64,000 bases of DNA from a bacterium (GCA_030697705.1 JAUYPE010000006.1:4686-68685), one strand, 5' to 3'; positions 43,986 through 53,825 are shown, numbered from the stretch's first letter. Notes: a model not told the origin generated them from the sequence alone. Made by a program: numbers and translations.

Positions 43986-46223
43986 CTATTCGCGCATGGG
44001 AGACGGTTCCGAAGTTTGCGTATCCTCTGCCGGGGCGCGTGGGTCTTTCCATGAGGCGAAATTGCAGGTGGGATACCGCGAACAGCCGTAAAACATCCGC
44101 TTCCGGCGGGTGAATTTTTTTATAACCTCGCCCTCGGTACAGATGGGGCACTTCATACCGATGGTCTCAGGATCTTTTTTGATTGCTTTGGCGTTTTTGC
44201 ATTCGGGGAAACCAGAGCAGGCGAGAAACTTGCCGAAACGCCCGCGTTTAATGATCATCGGCTTGCCGCACTTCTCGCACACCTCGTCCGTCGTCTCGTC
44301 CGTATCTTGTTTCTGCACCTCTTCATATTTGGCTTCCAATAATGTGGCGAAGGGCTCGTAAAACTCGCGGATGACGGGTTGCCACGCGGCGGTACCCTCC
44401 GCAATTTCATCAAACTCCCCTTCCATTTTTGCGGTAAACTGGCTGTCAACGATTTGTGGGAAGTGTTCCACAAGCATGTCATTGACCGTGTATCCCGTTT
44501 CGGTGGGTACGAGCCGCCGCCGCTCATCGCGCTCCACATAGTGCCGGTCCTGAATCGTCGCAATGGTTGGCGCATAGGTGGATGGTCTGCCGATGCCGTT
44601 TTGTTCCAGGAGTTTAATAAGCGATGCTTCGGTATAGCGGGGCGGCGGTTCGGTAAAGTGCTGGAGTGGCGAGAGGGTAAGGGGTGTGAGCGGGTCGTGT
44701 TCCGTCAGTTCCGGAAGCGTGATTTCCATGAATTTTGTGGGATATACTTTTAAAAATCCGTCAAACTTCATCGTCTGTCCTGTCGCGCGAAAAAGATAGG
44801 ACTGTACGTCTGTCGTAGTAGTCTTAGGTGTTGCGGCGATGTCAACACTCGTTGCATCAAAAAGCGCATCCGCCATTTGCGTAGCGATAGTGCGCCGCCA
44901 GATAAGCTCGTAGAGCTTGTGTTGCCGTTTATCAAGAAAGCTCTCAACCGATAAGGGCGTGCGAAGCGGATCTGTGGGGCGGATCGCTTCATGCGCCTCC
45001 TGCGCGCCTTTTGATTTTGTTTTGAAACGGCGTGCGGTCGGGACGAGATAATTTTTGCCAAGTTCTGTTTCAATATACCGGCGCGTCCCGCTCATGGCCT
45101 CCTGACCGATAGTGAGAGAGTCGGTGCGCATATAGGTGATGAGTCCGACGGCGCCCGCACCGCCGAGATCCACGCCTTCGTAGAGTTGTTGCGCGACCGC
45201 CATGGTAGCGCGTGCGGAAAAACCAAGCCGGCGGAACGCTTCTTGCTGGAGGGTTGATGTGGTGAATGGCGGAAGCGGATGTTTGACGCTTGCCCGCTTT
45301 TCAATCAATGCAACCCGCCACGCTGCATGTTCCAGTTCTTTTACAATGCGGTTGGCCGCTTCGCCGTCGCGGATGGCAAACTTATCCATTACCGCTCCGT
45401 TTATTTTCACCAATGCGGCATGGAACGGCTCGGTATTTTTTTGCGTTTTATTTGCGTGTTCTTCATGTTTGATCAAATCCGCCTCAATCGTCCAGTACTC
45501 TTCTTTGTTGAATTTCTGGATTTCGCGTTCGCGCTCCACAACAAACCGGACGGCGACGGATTGCACACGTCCCGCCGAGAGACCGCGGTAGAGTTTTTTC
45601 CACAAAAACGGCGAGAGTTTATAGCCGACCAAACGATCCAAAATACGCCGTGCCTGCTGGGCGTCTACGAGGTGCTCATCCAGCGTGCGGGGATGCATGA
45701 GCGCTTCTTTGATGGCATGCTCGGTAATTTCATGAAAAACAATCCGCTCAACGGGTTTTTCAAGTGCCGCGGCAGGTTCTTTTTTTGTTTTTGGTTTGGG
45801 TGCGGGGTTTTCCGCCGGTGCGATTCCCGATGCTTCAGCCGCGTCTTCTTTCGCTTTTTTTCGCGCTCCCGCCCGCGCCTCTTTTCTCGCCTCCGCCGCG
45901 TGGTCTATGCGAATGCCGAGCGCATACAAAAGATGCCACGCAATCGCCTCACCCTCGCGGTCTTCGTCAGTTGCCAGGATGATCTTGCCGGCTTTTGCCG
46001 CGGCGGTCTTGAGACGTTTTACGGTAGCGGTTGCCTTTTTGGGGATAATATAATGAGGAGCGAAATTGTCTTCCGGATCAACGCCGAGTGTAGAGGTCGG
46101 GAGATCGCGCACATGACCGTAGCTTGAGTCCACGATAAAGTTACTTCCCAAAAATCGCGCAATGGTACGTGCCTTGGTGGGTGACTCCACAATGACAAGC
46201 GATTTTTTTTCTTTGCGTGGCAT
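43986..46223 (-). CDS. topA: DNA topoisomerase I
   Basis: Toprim N-terminus KSLVIVESPTKARTIARFLG...SYGHVRDLP; catalytic Tyr region; two C-terminal zinc ribbons (CEKCGKPM...CSGFPEC, CPICTEG...GCSRYPTC); an internal A/K/E-rich low-complexity insert. Confidence 0.92.
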   Translation of the reverse strand: MPRKEKKSLVIVESPTKARTIARFLGSNFIVDSSYGHVRDLPTSTLGVDPEDNFAPHYIIPKKATATVKRLKTAAAKAGKIILATDEDREGEAIAWHLLYALGIRIDHAAEARKEARAGARKKAKEDAAEASGIAPAENPAPKPKTKKEPAAALEKPVERIVFHEITEHAIKEALMHPRTLDEHLVDAQQARRILDRLVGYKLSPFLWKKLYRGLSAGRVQSVAVRFVVEREREIQKFNKEEYWTIEADLIKHEEHANKTQKNTEPFHAALVKINGAVMDKFAIRDGEAANRIVKELEHAAWRVALIEKRASVKHPLPPFTTSTLQQEAFRRLGFSARATMAVAQQLYEGVDLGGAGAVGLITYMRTDSLTIGQEAMSGTRRYIETELGKNYLVPTARRFKTKSKGAQEAHEAIRPTDPLRTPLSVESFLDKRQHKLYELIWRRTIATQMADALFDATSVDIAATPKTTTTDVQSYLFRATGQTMKFDGFLKVYPTKFMEITLPELTEHDPLTPLTLSPLQHFTEPPPRYTEASLIKLLEQNGIGRPSTYAPTIATIQDRHYVERDERRRLVPTETGYTVNDMLVEHFPQIVDSQFTAKMEGEFDEIAEGTAAWQPVIREFYEPFATLLEAKYEEVQKQDTDETTDEVCEKCGKPMIIKRGRFGKFLACSGFPECKNAKAIKKDPETIGMKCPICTEGEVIKKFTRRKRMFYGCSRYPTCNFASWKDPRAPAEDTQTSEPSPMRE

Positions 46224-46289
46224 TATCTTGACTTTATAGAGTATTCTTGTTTTGTTGTCAAACGGCGTGCTTGGTAAATATATAAAGGG

Positions 46290-47384
46290 TTACATGATAC
46301 GCTGATAGGTGCCAGCGCCAAGATTCCGGACTCTGCCCTGCAATTCCAATAGAGAAAGTGAAGCGATCAGTGGTGCTGTTTCTCCGGAAATGGCTTGTTT
46401 GAGCGTATCAATCGTTTGCGGCTCTTCCAATAAATCAAGGAGCATCCGATCGGCTTCGGAGAGTGTATCGCGCGTGGCGGTCAGTGTCGCGGCGGGCGTA
46501 ATGCCGAGCTCAACCAAGATATCGGCAGTAGAGAGAATAAGTTTGGCGCCCTCTTGAATGAGCAGATTCGCACCGCGCGCTGTGGGAGAGAAAATAGAAC
46601 CGGGAACGGCGAAAACCTGGCGGTTATGCTCCAGCGCAAAACGCGCGGTAATAAGCGCGCCTGACTTTTCCCGCGCCTCAACGACGACGATGCCCTTGCA
46701 GATACCCGAGACGATGCGGTTCCGCTGGGGGAAGTGTTCTTTTAACGGTGGCGTGCCCGGTGGGTATTCGCTTACGACTACGCCGTTTTCTTTTATTATT
46801 CGTTCTGAAAGATTCCAATTTTCGCGCGGGAAAAAAGAAGCACGATCAAGTCCCGATCCCAATATGCCGATAGTTGTGCCTTTGCGCTCCAGTGTCGCTG
46901 TGTGCGCCGTCGCGTCAATGCCGGTCGCAAGACCGCTGACCACCGTGATGCCGGCCTCGGCGAGCTCATGCGCAAGGAGTTCTGCGACTTCAATCCCATA
47001 GCGCGTCGTGCGCCGCGTGCCGACGAGCGCGATGGCAATAGAGTGTGCTGTTAGCGCCTCGACTGCACCTTTGCCGTACAGGGCGGCGGGAGGATTGGGA
47101 ATTTCTTTTAATAATTCCGGATACACATCACTGTCCTCGGCAATCATCCAGATGTTTGCTTGGGCGAGTTTTGCAAATTCTTTTTCCGGGTCAATGTGCG
47201 GGCGGTGTTCTATCAATGCGGCAACGGCGGGAGGAAAGATCCCGCACTCGGCAAGCTCTCCGGCGTTTGCCTCCCACACGCTGGCAAAACTGCCAAAGTG
47301 CTCCCGCAGGGTGCGGAGCGTTTTTTGCCCCACCTGCGGTACGAGATTCAACGCGTGGAGGTAGCTGTATTCGTGTTCGTCCAT
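46290..47384 (-). CDS. dprA: DNA processing protein DprA (Smf)
   Basis: Rossmann-like DprA core GLATGIDATAHTATLE...TIGILGSGLD...NRIVSGICKGIVVVEAREKSGALITA; C-terminal wHTH. Confidence 0.85.
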   Translation of the reverse strand: MDEHEYSYLHALNLVPQVGQKTLRTLREHFGSFASVWEANAGELAECGIFPPAVAALIEHRPHIDPEKEFAKLAQANIWMIAEDSDVYPELLKEIPNPPAALYGKGAVEALTAHSIAIALVGTRRTTRYGIEVAELLAHELAEAGITVVSGLATGIDATAHTATLERKGTTIGILGSGLDRASFFPRENWNLSERIIKENGVVVSEYPPGTPPLKEHFPQRNRIVSGICKGIVVVEAREKSGALITARFALEHNRQVFAVPGSIFSPTARGANLLIQEGAKLILSTADILVELGITPAATLTATRDTLSEADRMLLDLLEEPQTIDTLKQAISGETAPLIASLSLLELQGRVRNLGAGTYQRIM

Positions 47385-47527
47385 TGCCTCCTACTATAGA
47401 AGAAAGGTAACCGATTGTACATGAGGTTGAGGAGGTATTCTTGGACTGTGTTGTTATTAAATAATAAGTATGGTATTAATTACTGTGGTCATTCACAAGG
47501 AAGTTTTTGAAGAAGAGAGGGTAGAGT

Positions 47528-47752
47528 ATGCCTTACAGCGCTTTTGCCTTAATTTGGGAGTTTATGGAGGATCCCAGTGCAGTTATTCTTGCCCAGAGTG
47601 TGGAAGAAGCGGCACGACTGGCGGGGGGAGTTCTTGGCGATAGAGTGGAAAACAGCTGGGAAGTCCGGTATTATAGGCATCTGTTTGGTCCTGCATCTTC
47701 GGAAGAGGAAAAGGCATTAATTGACGAAGTTGCGGGGAGTGAAGAAGGGTGA
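47528..47752 (+). CDS. small hypothetical protein
   Basis: 74-aa acidic ORF followed by a + strand intrinsic-terminator-like hairpin at 47910..47938. Confidence 0.25.
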   Translation: MPYSAFALIWEFMEDPSAVILAQSVEEAARLAGGVLGDRVENSWEVRYYRHLFGPASSEEEKALIDEVAGSEEG

Positions 47753-47909
47753 CTGATATATCATCGTTTTCCAATAACCGTTATGCTGGTGCCCGAAGAG
47801 GAGTATGCCCGTGGCTACATTTACAATCTGCCTCTTGTCGTCCATCCGGATATTCAGATAAAGATGATCGTGGGAATGGGGTGAGCAACGGTAACGAGTA
47901 GCATCTGAT

Positions 47910-47938
47910 CTGCAGGAAATTTTCCTGCGGATTTTTTA
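47910..47938 (+). terminator. putative intrinsic terminator
   Basis: ctgcaggaaattttcctgcgg hairpin followed by ATTTTTTAT. Confidence 0.4.
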
Positions 47939-47941
47939 TGT

Positions 47942-50080
47942 TCACAAAAGTGCCGATTCGTTTCTCGCCTCCTCAACCGCCTCGCCGAGCATTTGGTAAT
48001 AAAGATTCAAGCCGATTTTATTGATGGCGCCCGATTGCTTGCGACCAAGAATATTGCCCGCGCCGCGGATTTCCAAATCGCGCAGGGCGAGCTGATATCC
48101 TGCGCCAAGTTCGGCGTATTCTTGCAGTGCCTCCAGCCGTTCTGTCGCTTTTTGGGTAAGATGTTTGGGACGATACAAAAAATACGCATACGCCTGATCC
48201 GTCCCACGGCCAATCCTACCGCGGAGCTGGTGCGCCTGCGCGAGTCCGAGCCGCGTCGCGTCGTCTACGATGAGCGTATTGGCAGATGAGATATCCAAAC
48301 CGTTTTCAATAATAGTGGTGGCAAGAAGAATATCTATTTTTCCCTCGCGAAACTCATTCATCGTGCGGATGATCGCGTCTTCCCCCATCCGGCCGTGCAT
48401 GATCGCGATGCGGGGTTTAACCCTTATTCCGTCATCCAGAGTCCCGACTCGTCGGGACGAAGGATCCCGTAAATTAACGGGATTCCTCTCCGCCCCAGGC
48501 GGCTCGGAATGACGGACAAAACGGGTAAATCCCAGCTTAGCTTTTTTTGCAAGCATGCGCTCAAGTTTCTGCTTCACCGCGCCGATCGTTTCTATCCTAT
48601 TATGGAGAAAATAAACCTGCCCGCCGCGTTCGCGTTCGCGAAGAATCGCCTCGGCAATGAGCTTGGCGGAATAAGGGAGGACGAGCGTCTGGATGGCGAG
48701 GCGGCCGGGCGGCGGGGTATCCAGTGTGGAAATGTCGCGAAGCCGCGCAAGGGTAAGTTGCATAGTGCGGGGGATGGGCGTTGCCGAGAGTGAGAGTATA
48801 TCAACATCGGCGCAAATTTCTTTTAAGCGTTCTTTTTGTTTAACACCGAAGCGCTGTTCTTCGTCCAGAATTACCATACCGAGATTCTTGAACGCCACAT
48901 CGCGTGAGAGGAGCCGGTGTGTGCCGATGATGCAATCAATTTTTCCATTCTGCACCTCGTCAAGCATGCGTGTTTGTTCTGCGGGAGAGGCGAGCCGGGA
49001 AATCATGCGGACGGAGACAGGGAGAGCGGCGAATCGCTCGCGGAACGTCCGTTCGTGCTGTGCGGCGAGGACGGTGGTGGGAGCCAAAACGGCGACCTGT
49101 GCGCCGGAGGCGATAATGCGCATCGCCGCGCGGATGGCAACCTCCGTTTTACCGAATCCCACATCGCCGCAGAGGACGCGATCCATGGGTGCATCACGTG
49201 CCATGTCGGCGAGGATTTCGTTTTCCGCTCGCGACTGGTCTTCTGTTTCTTGATAAGGGAAACTTTCGCGGAGTCGTGCTTCCATGTCGTTGTCCCCCGT
49301 GCGGGGAGGGCGCCGTGCGAGGGAACGCTTGGCATAGAGTGCAAGAAGTGCCCGCGCAAGTTTTTCTGTTTCTTCCTTTACTTTTCGTTTGGTATTCATC
49401 CACAGCGAACCGCCCAAACGATGTACGCGGGGTAACTCAAACCCCACATAGGGCGAGAGCCGCTCGTACTGCACGCGCGGTACAAATAGACGATCCGGCT
49501 CCGCTCCCTCGCGCGGCGGCGCGTATTCTATGATGAAAAAGTCATCCGTCGGTATGTCCGTTCCCAAAATGTTTTTTTGCCGCGCGTCTGTCCCCATGCC
49601 GTGAAAGATACCAATGCCGTGGTCAATATGGACGACGAAACTTCCCGGAGCGAGGTTCTCCATCGTTGTTTTTTGCGAGATGCGCGGTTTTGCGTGCGGC
49701 AGTTCTTCCGTCGGCGGGCGCTGGACAAGCGATGCGATCGTATTTCCCGAAAACTCAATCAAATAAGGTACAGCCGTATTAATCGGCCAGATCTCTATGA
49801 CCCCGCCGCGTACGGCGAAAAGCCCGCGACTCCGCACCGTTTGCACGCGCTCATAGCTAAAACCGGATAGCCGCCGTGCAAGTTCCGCCGGCTTCATGAC
49901 CAAGTCCTGCTCAACAAAAAATGCATGCTCCCGCCACCACGGATTCGCCATCCGCGCCTTCTTAATTGATTCCTGATTTTCCGCGTACCACAAAACATCC
50001 CTCTCCAAATTTTGGGGGGTTACCGAGACGATGAGGAGTTCTTGTGGTGGTGCCGCGCCCTGCGGCGCTTTGCCAGCCAT
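47942..50080 (-). CDS. mfd: transcription-repair coupling factor Mfd, short form lacking the UvrB-homology N-terminal domains
   Basis: Walker A CGDVGFGKTEVAIRAA, motif II DEEQRFGV, C-terminal TRCF domain; 712 aa versus about 1150 canonical; contains MITE copy C in-frame. Confidence 0.8.
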   Translation of the reverse strand: MAGKAPQGAAPPQELLIVSVTPQNLERDVLWYAENQESIKKARMANPWWREHAFFVEQDLVMKPAELARRLSGFSYERVQTVRSRGLFAVRGGVIEIWPINTAVPYLIEFSGNTIASLVQRPPTEELPHAKPRISQKTTMENLAPGSFVVHIDHGIGIFHGMGTDARQKNILGTDIPTDDFFIIEYAPPREGAEPDRLFVPRVQYERLSPYVGFELPRVHRLGGSLWMNTKRKVKEETEKLARALLALYAKRSLARRPPRTGDNDMEARLRESFPYQETEDQSRAENEILADMARDAPMDRVLCGDVGFGKTEVAIRAAMRIIASGAQVAVLAPTTVLAAQHERTFRERFAALPVSVRMISRLASPAEQTRMLDEVQNGKIDCIIGTHRLLSRDVAFKNLGMVILDEEQRFGVKQKERLKEICADVDILSLSATPIPRTMQLTLARLRDISTLDTPPPGRLAIQTLVLPYSAKLIAEAILRERERGGQVYFLHNRIETIGAVKQKLERMLAKKAKLGFTRFVRHSEPPGAERNPVNLRDPSSRRVGTLDDGIRVKPRIAIMHGRMGEDAIIRTMNEFREGKIDILLATTIIENGLDISSANTLIVDDATRLGLAQAHQLRGRIGRGTDQAYAYFLYRPKHLTQKATERLEALQEYAELGAGYQLALRDLEIRGAGNILGRKQSGAINKIGLNLYYQMLGEAVEEARNESALL
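48428..48517. repeat. palindromic MITE-like repeat, copy C (in-frame inside mfd, read on minus strand)
   Basis: ttccgtcatccagagtcccgactcgtcgggacgaaggatcccgtaaattaacgggattcctctccgccccaggcggctcggaatgacgga; 90 nt = 30 codons; encodes VRHSEPPGAERNPVNLRDPSSRRVGTLDDG immediately before the conserved RIAIMHGRM segment. Confidence 0.65.
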
Positions 50081-50166
50081 CTCCGCATTATAGAGAAATG
50101 CCGATATTCTACAAGTGTTACGGTGTTCTGAATAAAATCAGGACGGGATTAGTAATCCTCCTCTCA

Positions 50167-50601
50167 CTACTCTAAGAAATATCCTGAATCTAATCGTATA
50201 TTTTCATCAGCGAAGACGGTGTCACTGACTATTCGTTGATCGTTCTTTAGTTTATTAATGACGGTATCAAGATCCCTCAATGTTTCAGTAGAAATTTCCA
50301 AAATGTAAGCGTTTTTATAGGGATATTCTCCGAAAATTTTAGCTCCAATCTCAAGGGCTATGGATTTAGCCACTGCTGTGTGGCTAGGGTTAGGCACGCC
50401 ACTCCTGGAGGTCGAACGGAGATGTATCAGGATCCGATGCATTTGTTTTTCTGTCAAGGGTCTTAGCGGCTGGTTGGTGGTTGCGGCGGGGGCTTGAATG
50501 GCAGGAATGATCGCAAAGGGTTTGTTGAAAGAAAGATATGCTACCGTGCCAGCAAAAACTAGCACAAGAATGCCAGTAATAATGACAATTTTTTTATCCA
50601 T
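50167..50601 (-). CDS. hypothetical membrane-anchored protein
   Basis: 144 aa with N-terminal TM (IVIITGILVLVFAGTVAYL). Confidence 0.45.
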   Translation of the reverse strand: MDKKIVIITGILVLVFAGTVAYLSFNKPFAIIPAIQAPAATTNQPLRPLTEKQMHRILIHLRSTSRSGVPNPSHTAVAKSIALEIGAKIFGEYPYKNAYILEISTETLRDLDTVINKLKNDQRIVSDTVFADENIRLDSGYFLE

Positions 50602-50612
50602 GATAATGGTCG

Positions 50613-51176
50613 TTAACTATTATACTCATTCATGGCGCGACTACCGCCGGTGGTGATGGCGATTTCCAGTGCCACTAGGGTTTTTTTGGCTATTTTCTTA
50701 ATTAATTTTACCTCGTCGGGAGTGAAGTGCTTTAAGACGAGGCGGTCGGCGGGGATGTCGCGCTTGCCCGCGATGCCAATCCGAAAGCGCCAGAATTCGT
50801 TTGTCTTTAGGGCGCGAATGACCGAGTCCACGCCCTTGTGTCCAGCAGAGCGTTTGGCGTATGAAAGTTTGGCGGAACCCAATGCAATATCCGCGTCGTC
50901 GTGGACGAGAAATATATGAGCGGGTTTGATTTTGTAAAACACTGCGATGGGGCCGGCCGCTTTGCCGGAGTTGTTCATGAGCGTATCAGGAAGGGCGAGG
51001 ATGATTTTTTCTTTGCCGATGTTACCTTCACTTATGAGTGTTTTCCATTTTTTTTCCGTGCGAAATTCAGGAAAGTTGTGGGCTTTGGCGAAGTCCATAA
51101 CAACATCGCGTCCCGCATTATGGCGCGTTTTCTCGTATTCTTTTCCCGGATTGCCGAGTCCGATAATGAGGAGCAC
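50613..51176 (-). CDS. pth: peptidyl-tRNA hydrolase
   Basis: MLLIIGLGNPGKEYEKTRHNAG N-terminal Pth signature; 187 aa. Confidence 0.9.
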   Translation of the reverse strand: MLLIIGLGNPGKEYEKTRHNAGRDVVMDFAKAHNFPEFRTEKKWKTLISEGNIGKEKIILALPDTLMNNSGKAAGPIAVFYKIKPAHIFLVHDDADIALGSAKLSYAKRSAGHKGVDSVIRALKTNEFWRFRIGIAGKRDIPADRLVLKHFTPDEVKLIKKIAKKTLVALEIAITTGGSRAMNEYNS

Positions 51177-51197
51177 AGTTAAAGCTTATGGTTTTTG

Positions 51198-51282
51198 TCC
51201 GTCATTCTGAACGCAGTGAAGAATCCCGTATGATTTCAGTATGTTGAACATTAACGGGATTCCTCGCTTCGCTCGGAATGAC
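51198..51282. repeat. palindromic MITE-like repeat, copy E (intergenic pth/lepB)
   Basis: tccgtcattctgaacgcagtgaagaatcccgtatgatttcagtatgttgaacattaacgggattcctcgcttcgctcggaatga. Confidence 0.75.
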
Positions 51283-51363
51283 AAGAGGGCGAAAAATATA
51301 GTATTTGTAGGATTTTGAGGGTTATTATTTGCCAATAGAGCTTAGGTCAACTATACTCTACGC

Positions 51364-51963
51364 ATGATTGAGAGTAAAGATGGCGAAGTGGGCGAAATGT
51401 CTGCGCCGGAGACACAAAAAAAACCAACACAGGGGTGGTACGAATTTCTCCGCTTTGCCGCCGTCGCGTTGGCGTTGGCGCTTTTCGTCCGCTTTTATGT
51501 CGCCCAGCCGTTTATTGTCCGTGGCGCCTCCATGGAGCCGAATTTCGAGGATCGCGAATATCTCGTCATTGATGAGGCATCGTACCACTTTCGCGAGCCG
51601 GAACGTGGCGAGGTTGTTGTCTTCCGCTATCCGCGGAATACGGATGAATTTTTTATCAAGCGCATTATCGGTCTTCCGGGTGAGCAGGTAGTCATCTCCG
51701 GCGGGCATGTCAAAATAATAAATGCCGCACATCCGGAAGGTTTCGTGCTAGGCGAGTCCTATCTTTCCGCGGATGTGGGAACGTATCTTGACCAGACGAA
51801 GACGCTTGCCGCCGGACAATATTTCGTTCTGGGGGACAACCGCCCCGCCTCCTCCGACTCCCGTGTGTGGGGGGTCTTGGACAGGGGCTTCATCGTCGGT
51901 CGCGTATTTTTCCGTGCATGGCCGCTGACGCGACTGGGTATTGTATTAGACAACGGGCAGTAG
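51364..51963 (+). CDS. lepB: signal peptidase I
   Basis: TM anchor; catalytic Ser box RGASMEPNF; Lys box and GDNRPASSDSRVWG C-terminal box. Confidence 0.85.
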   Translation: MIESKDGEVGEMSAPETQKKPTQGWYEFLRFAAVALALALFVRFYVAQPFIVRGASMEPNFEDREYLVIDEASYHFREPERGEVVVFRYPRNTDEFFIKRIIGLPGEQVVISGGHVKIINAAHPEGFVLGESYLSADVGTYLDQTKTLAAGQYFVLGDNRPASSDSRVWGVLDRGFIVGRVFFRAWPLTRLGIVLDNGQ

Positions 51964-51998
51964 ACGTTTTAATTGGATAATCCTTTTATCCCCCTCTT

Positions 51999-53393
51999 AT
52001 GCCGAAAGCACGAACCGCCGGAGTGCCGTTTCTCATTCCTACCGATCGCCCGCCCGCACGCGAACTTTTGTTTGCGCATATACGCACCACTTTCGGCACC
52101 TTGGCGGGTTTTTACGGATTTAATGCGATGCATGTTGCGCCTCTTTTGGAAGCAAGCACTCTCTCACCGCTTGCCAAAGCGGGATTACTTGAGGAAGTTT
52201 CTCCCGTTACGGCAAAAACCAAGACGGGTGAGGATTTTATCCTGCGACCAAGTACCGTTCTGCTTATCCTTGCCGCGTACGGGCCGTACAAAATGAACGA
52301 CTTGCCTCATCCGCTCAAGGTCTCATGCGGCGGCGAGGTTTTTTCCCTCGGGACGGGAGTCGAGGGACGGCTTAAGACCACCTCCGAGGAGGGGATTGTG
52401 ATGATCGGCGAGGAGGGACCTATTGCCGAAGCCGAGATTGTGCAGGTGCTGTGGCGCGCGTTGCAGGAGTTTGGCGCGAGTGCGGAACGTGTACGTATGG
52501 AGGTGAGTGCAACGGGGTGTACCCAATGTCGCGCGGGATTCCGGTCTTCTTTTAACGCGCACTTCCGCACGCGTCTTGCACGCCTGTGTACGGCATGCAA
52601 GCGCCGGTTTAAAAAAAATCCCACCCAGATACTGACCTGCACCGAAGAAAAGTGCGCTGCGCTCTCGGCAACCGCCCCCTCTATTCTTGATTTTTTGTGC
52701 GAACCGTGCAAGAAACATCTGCGGGGTTTTCTGGAGTTTTTGGATGAGATCGGTATCTCATATTTTCTGGATGCGAAATATTTTCGCGAGGGTTCATGGT
52801 ACCATCAATTGATTTTCCGTATTGTTACCAATGACGCCGAGATTTCCCTGCCGGAGGCGGAGGGAGTCGCCGACGGGATGGTTGCGGATGCACCAACGGA
52901 TGTTCCGACGGTGGCGCCGACCGGCAGTGCCGTGACGCGCCTGCGGGGCATGGTATTGGCCGAGGGTGGGCGCGTCTCCAAAGCAGGGGAGCTACTCGTA
53001 GGGAGACGACTTGATGCGGTGGCGGGGGTGCTTAATCCCGAAAATATTGAACGGGCGCGGCACGCATGGAAACTGCCCGATCCCGAGCCGCCCGTCCCTC
53101 ATATTTTTTTGGCGCAGTTGGGTGAATACGCCAAGCGCAAGAGTATGAATATTTTTGAATTGCTTCGACGCGAGGGCATTCCGGTGCGCGAATCGCTCGG
53201 GCGGGATTCGCTCAAATCCCAGCTCACGGTTGCCGCCAAGATCGGTGCGCGCATGGCGTTGATCCTCGGTCAGAAAGAGGCGATCGACGGAACGGTCATC
53301 GTGCGCGAGGTTGAGTCAGGTATTCAGGAGACGGTTCCGCAAGAGAAGCTTATTGATCTCTTGCGCCGCTACTTGAAAAAAAACGGGGAGTAG
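51999..53393 (+). CDS. hisS: histidyl-tRNA synthetase-like class II aaRS (divergent motif 2)
   Basis: N-terminus GVPFLIP...RELLFAHIRTTFGTLAGFYGFNAMHVAPLLE fits HisRS motif 1; HisRS insertion-domain pattern LDFLCEPCKKHL...GISYFLDAKYFREGSWYHQLIFRIV; AEGGRVSK...AVAGV; C-terminal anticodon-binding domain ...GARMALILGQKEAIDGTVIVREVESG; motif-2 Arg residues are not obvious. Confidence 0.6.
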   Translation: MPKARTAGVPFLIPTDRPPARELLFAHIRTTFGTLAGFYGFNAMHVAPLLEASTLSPLAKAGLLEEVSPVTAKTKTGEDFILRPSTVLLILAAYGPYKMNDLPHPLKVSCGGEVFSLGTGVEGRLKTTSEEGIVMIGEEGPIAEAEIVQVLWRALQEFGASAERVRMEVSATGCTQCRAGFRSSFNAHFRTRLARLCTACKRRFKKNPTQILTCTEEKCAALSATAPSILDFLCEPCKKHLRGFLEFLDEIGISYFLDAKYFREGSWYHQLIFRIVTNDAEISLPEAEGVADGMVADAPTDVPTVAPTGSAVTRLRGMVLAEGGRVSKAGELLVGRRLDAVAGVLNPENIERARHAWKLPDPEPPVPHIFLAQLGEYAKRKSMNIFELLRREGIPVRESLGRDSLKSQLTVAAKIGARMALILGQKEAIDGTVIVREVESGIQETVPQEKLIDLLRRYLKKNGE

Positions 53394-53438
53394 GATATAA
53401 CAGAGTGGCGGGGTTGTTATCCCCCGCTTGTAGTTTTT

Positions 53439-53780
53439 ATGGATGGATGCCTATTTTGCGGAATTGCCGGTGGAGCGGTAAAAACCGAGATGGTTTTTGC
53501 GGATGACGCCGTGTGCGTCTTTCGCGACATCCACCCCAAGGCGCCGGTGCATTTCTTGATCATTCCGCGCGAACATATTGAGTCAATCGCTCATCTGGAG
53601 GAGCATCACGCGGCTATCGTCGCGCAGCTTATCTTTACGGCAAAACGCGTTGCGGCGGAACAGGGGCTTGAGGGCTACAAACTAGTGTTTAATGTCGGAC
53701 GGGACGGTGGGCAGGTCATTGACCATCTGCATCTCCACCTCCTCGGCGGATGGAAAGATGGAGAAAAGATAAGTGGTTAG
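53439..53780 (+). CDS. HIT-family (histidine triad) nucleotide-binding protein
   Basis: HLHLHLLGG histidine triad; CLFCGI N-terminal zinc motif. Confidence 0.85.
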   Translation: MDGCLFCGIAGGAVKTEMVFADDAVCVFRDIHPKAPVHFLIIPREHIESIAHLEEHHAAIVAQLIFTAKRVAAEQGLEGYKLVFNVGRDGGQVIDHLHLHLLGGWKDGEKISG

Positions 53781-53825
53781 TATCAGCTATTTATCATTCA
53801 GCATTTGTAATTTATCATTCTTGTT

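Noticed and set aside
45279-46127. 282-aa + strand ORF inside topA
   Set aside because: Antisense shadow of topA (F/R/C-rich), no motifs.
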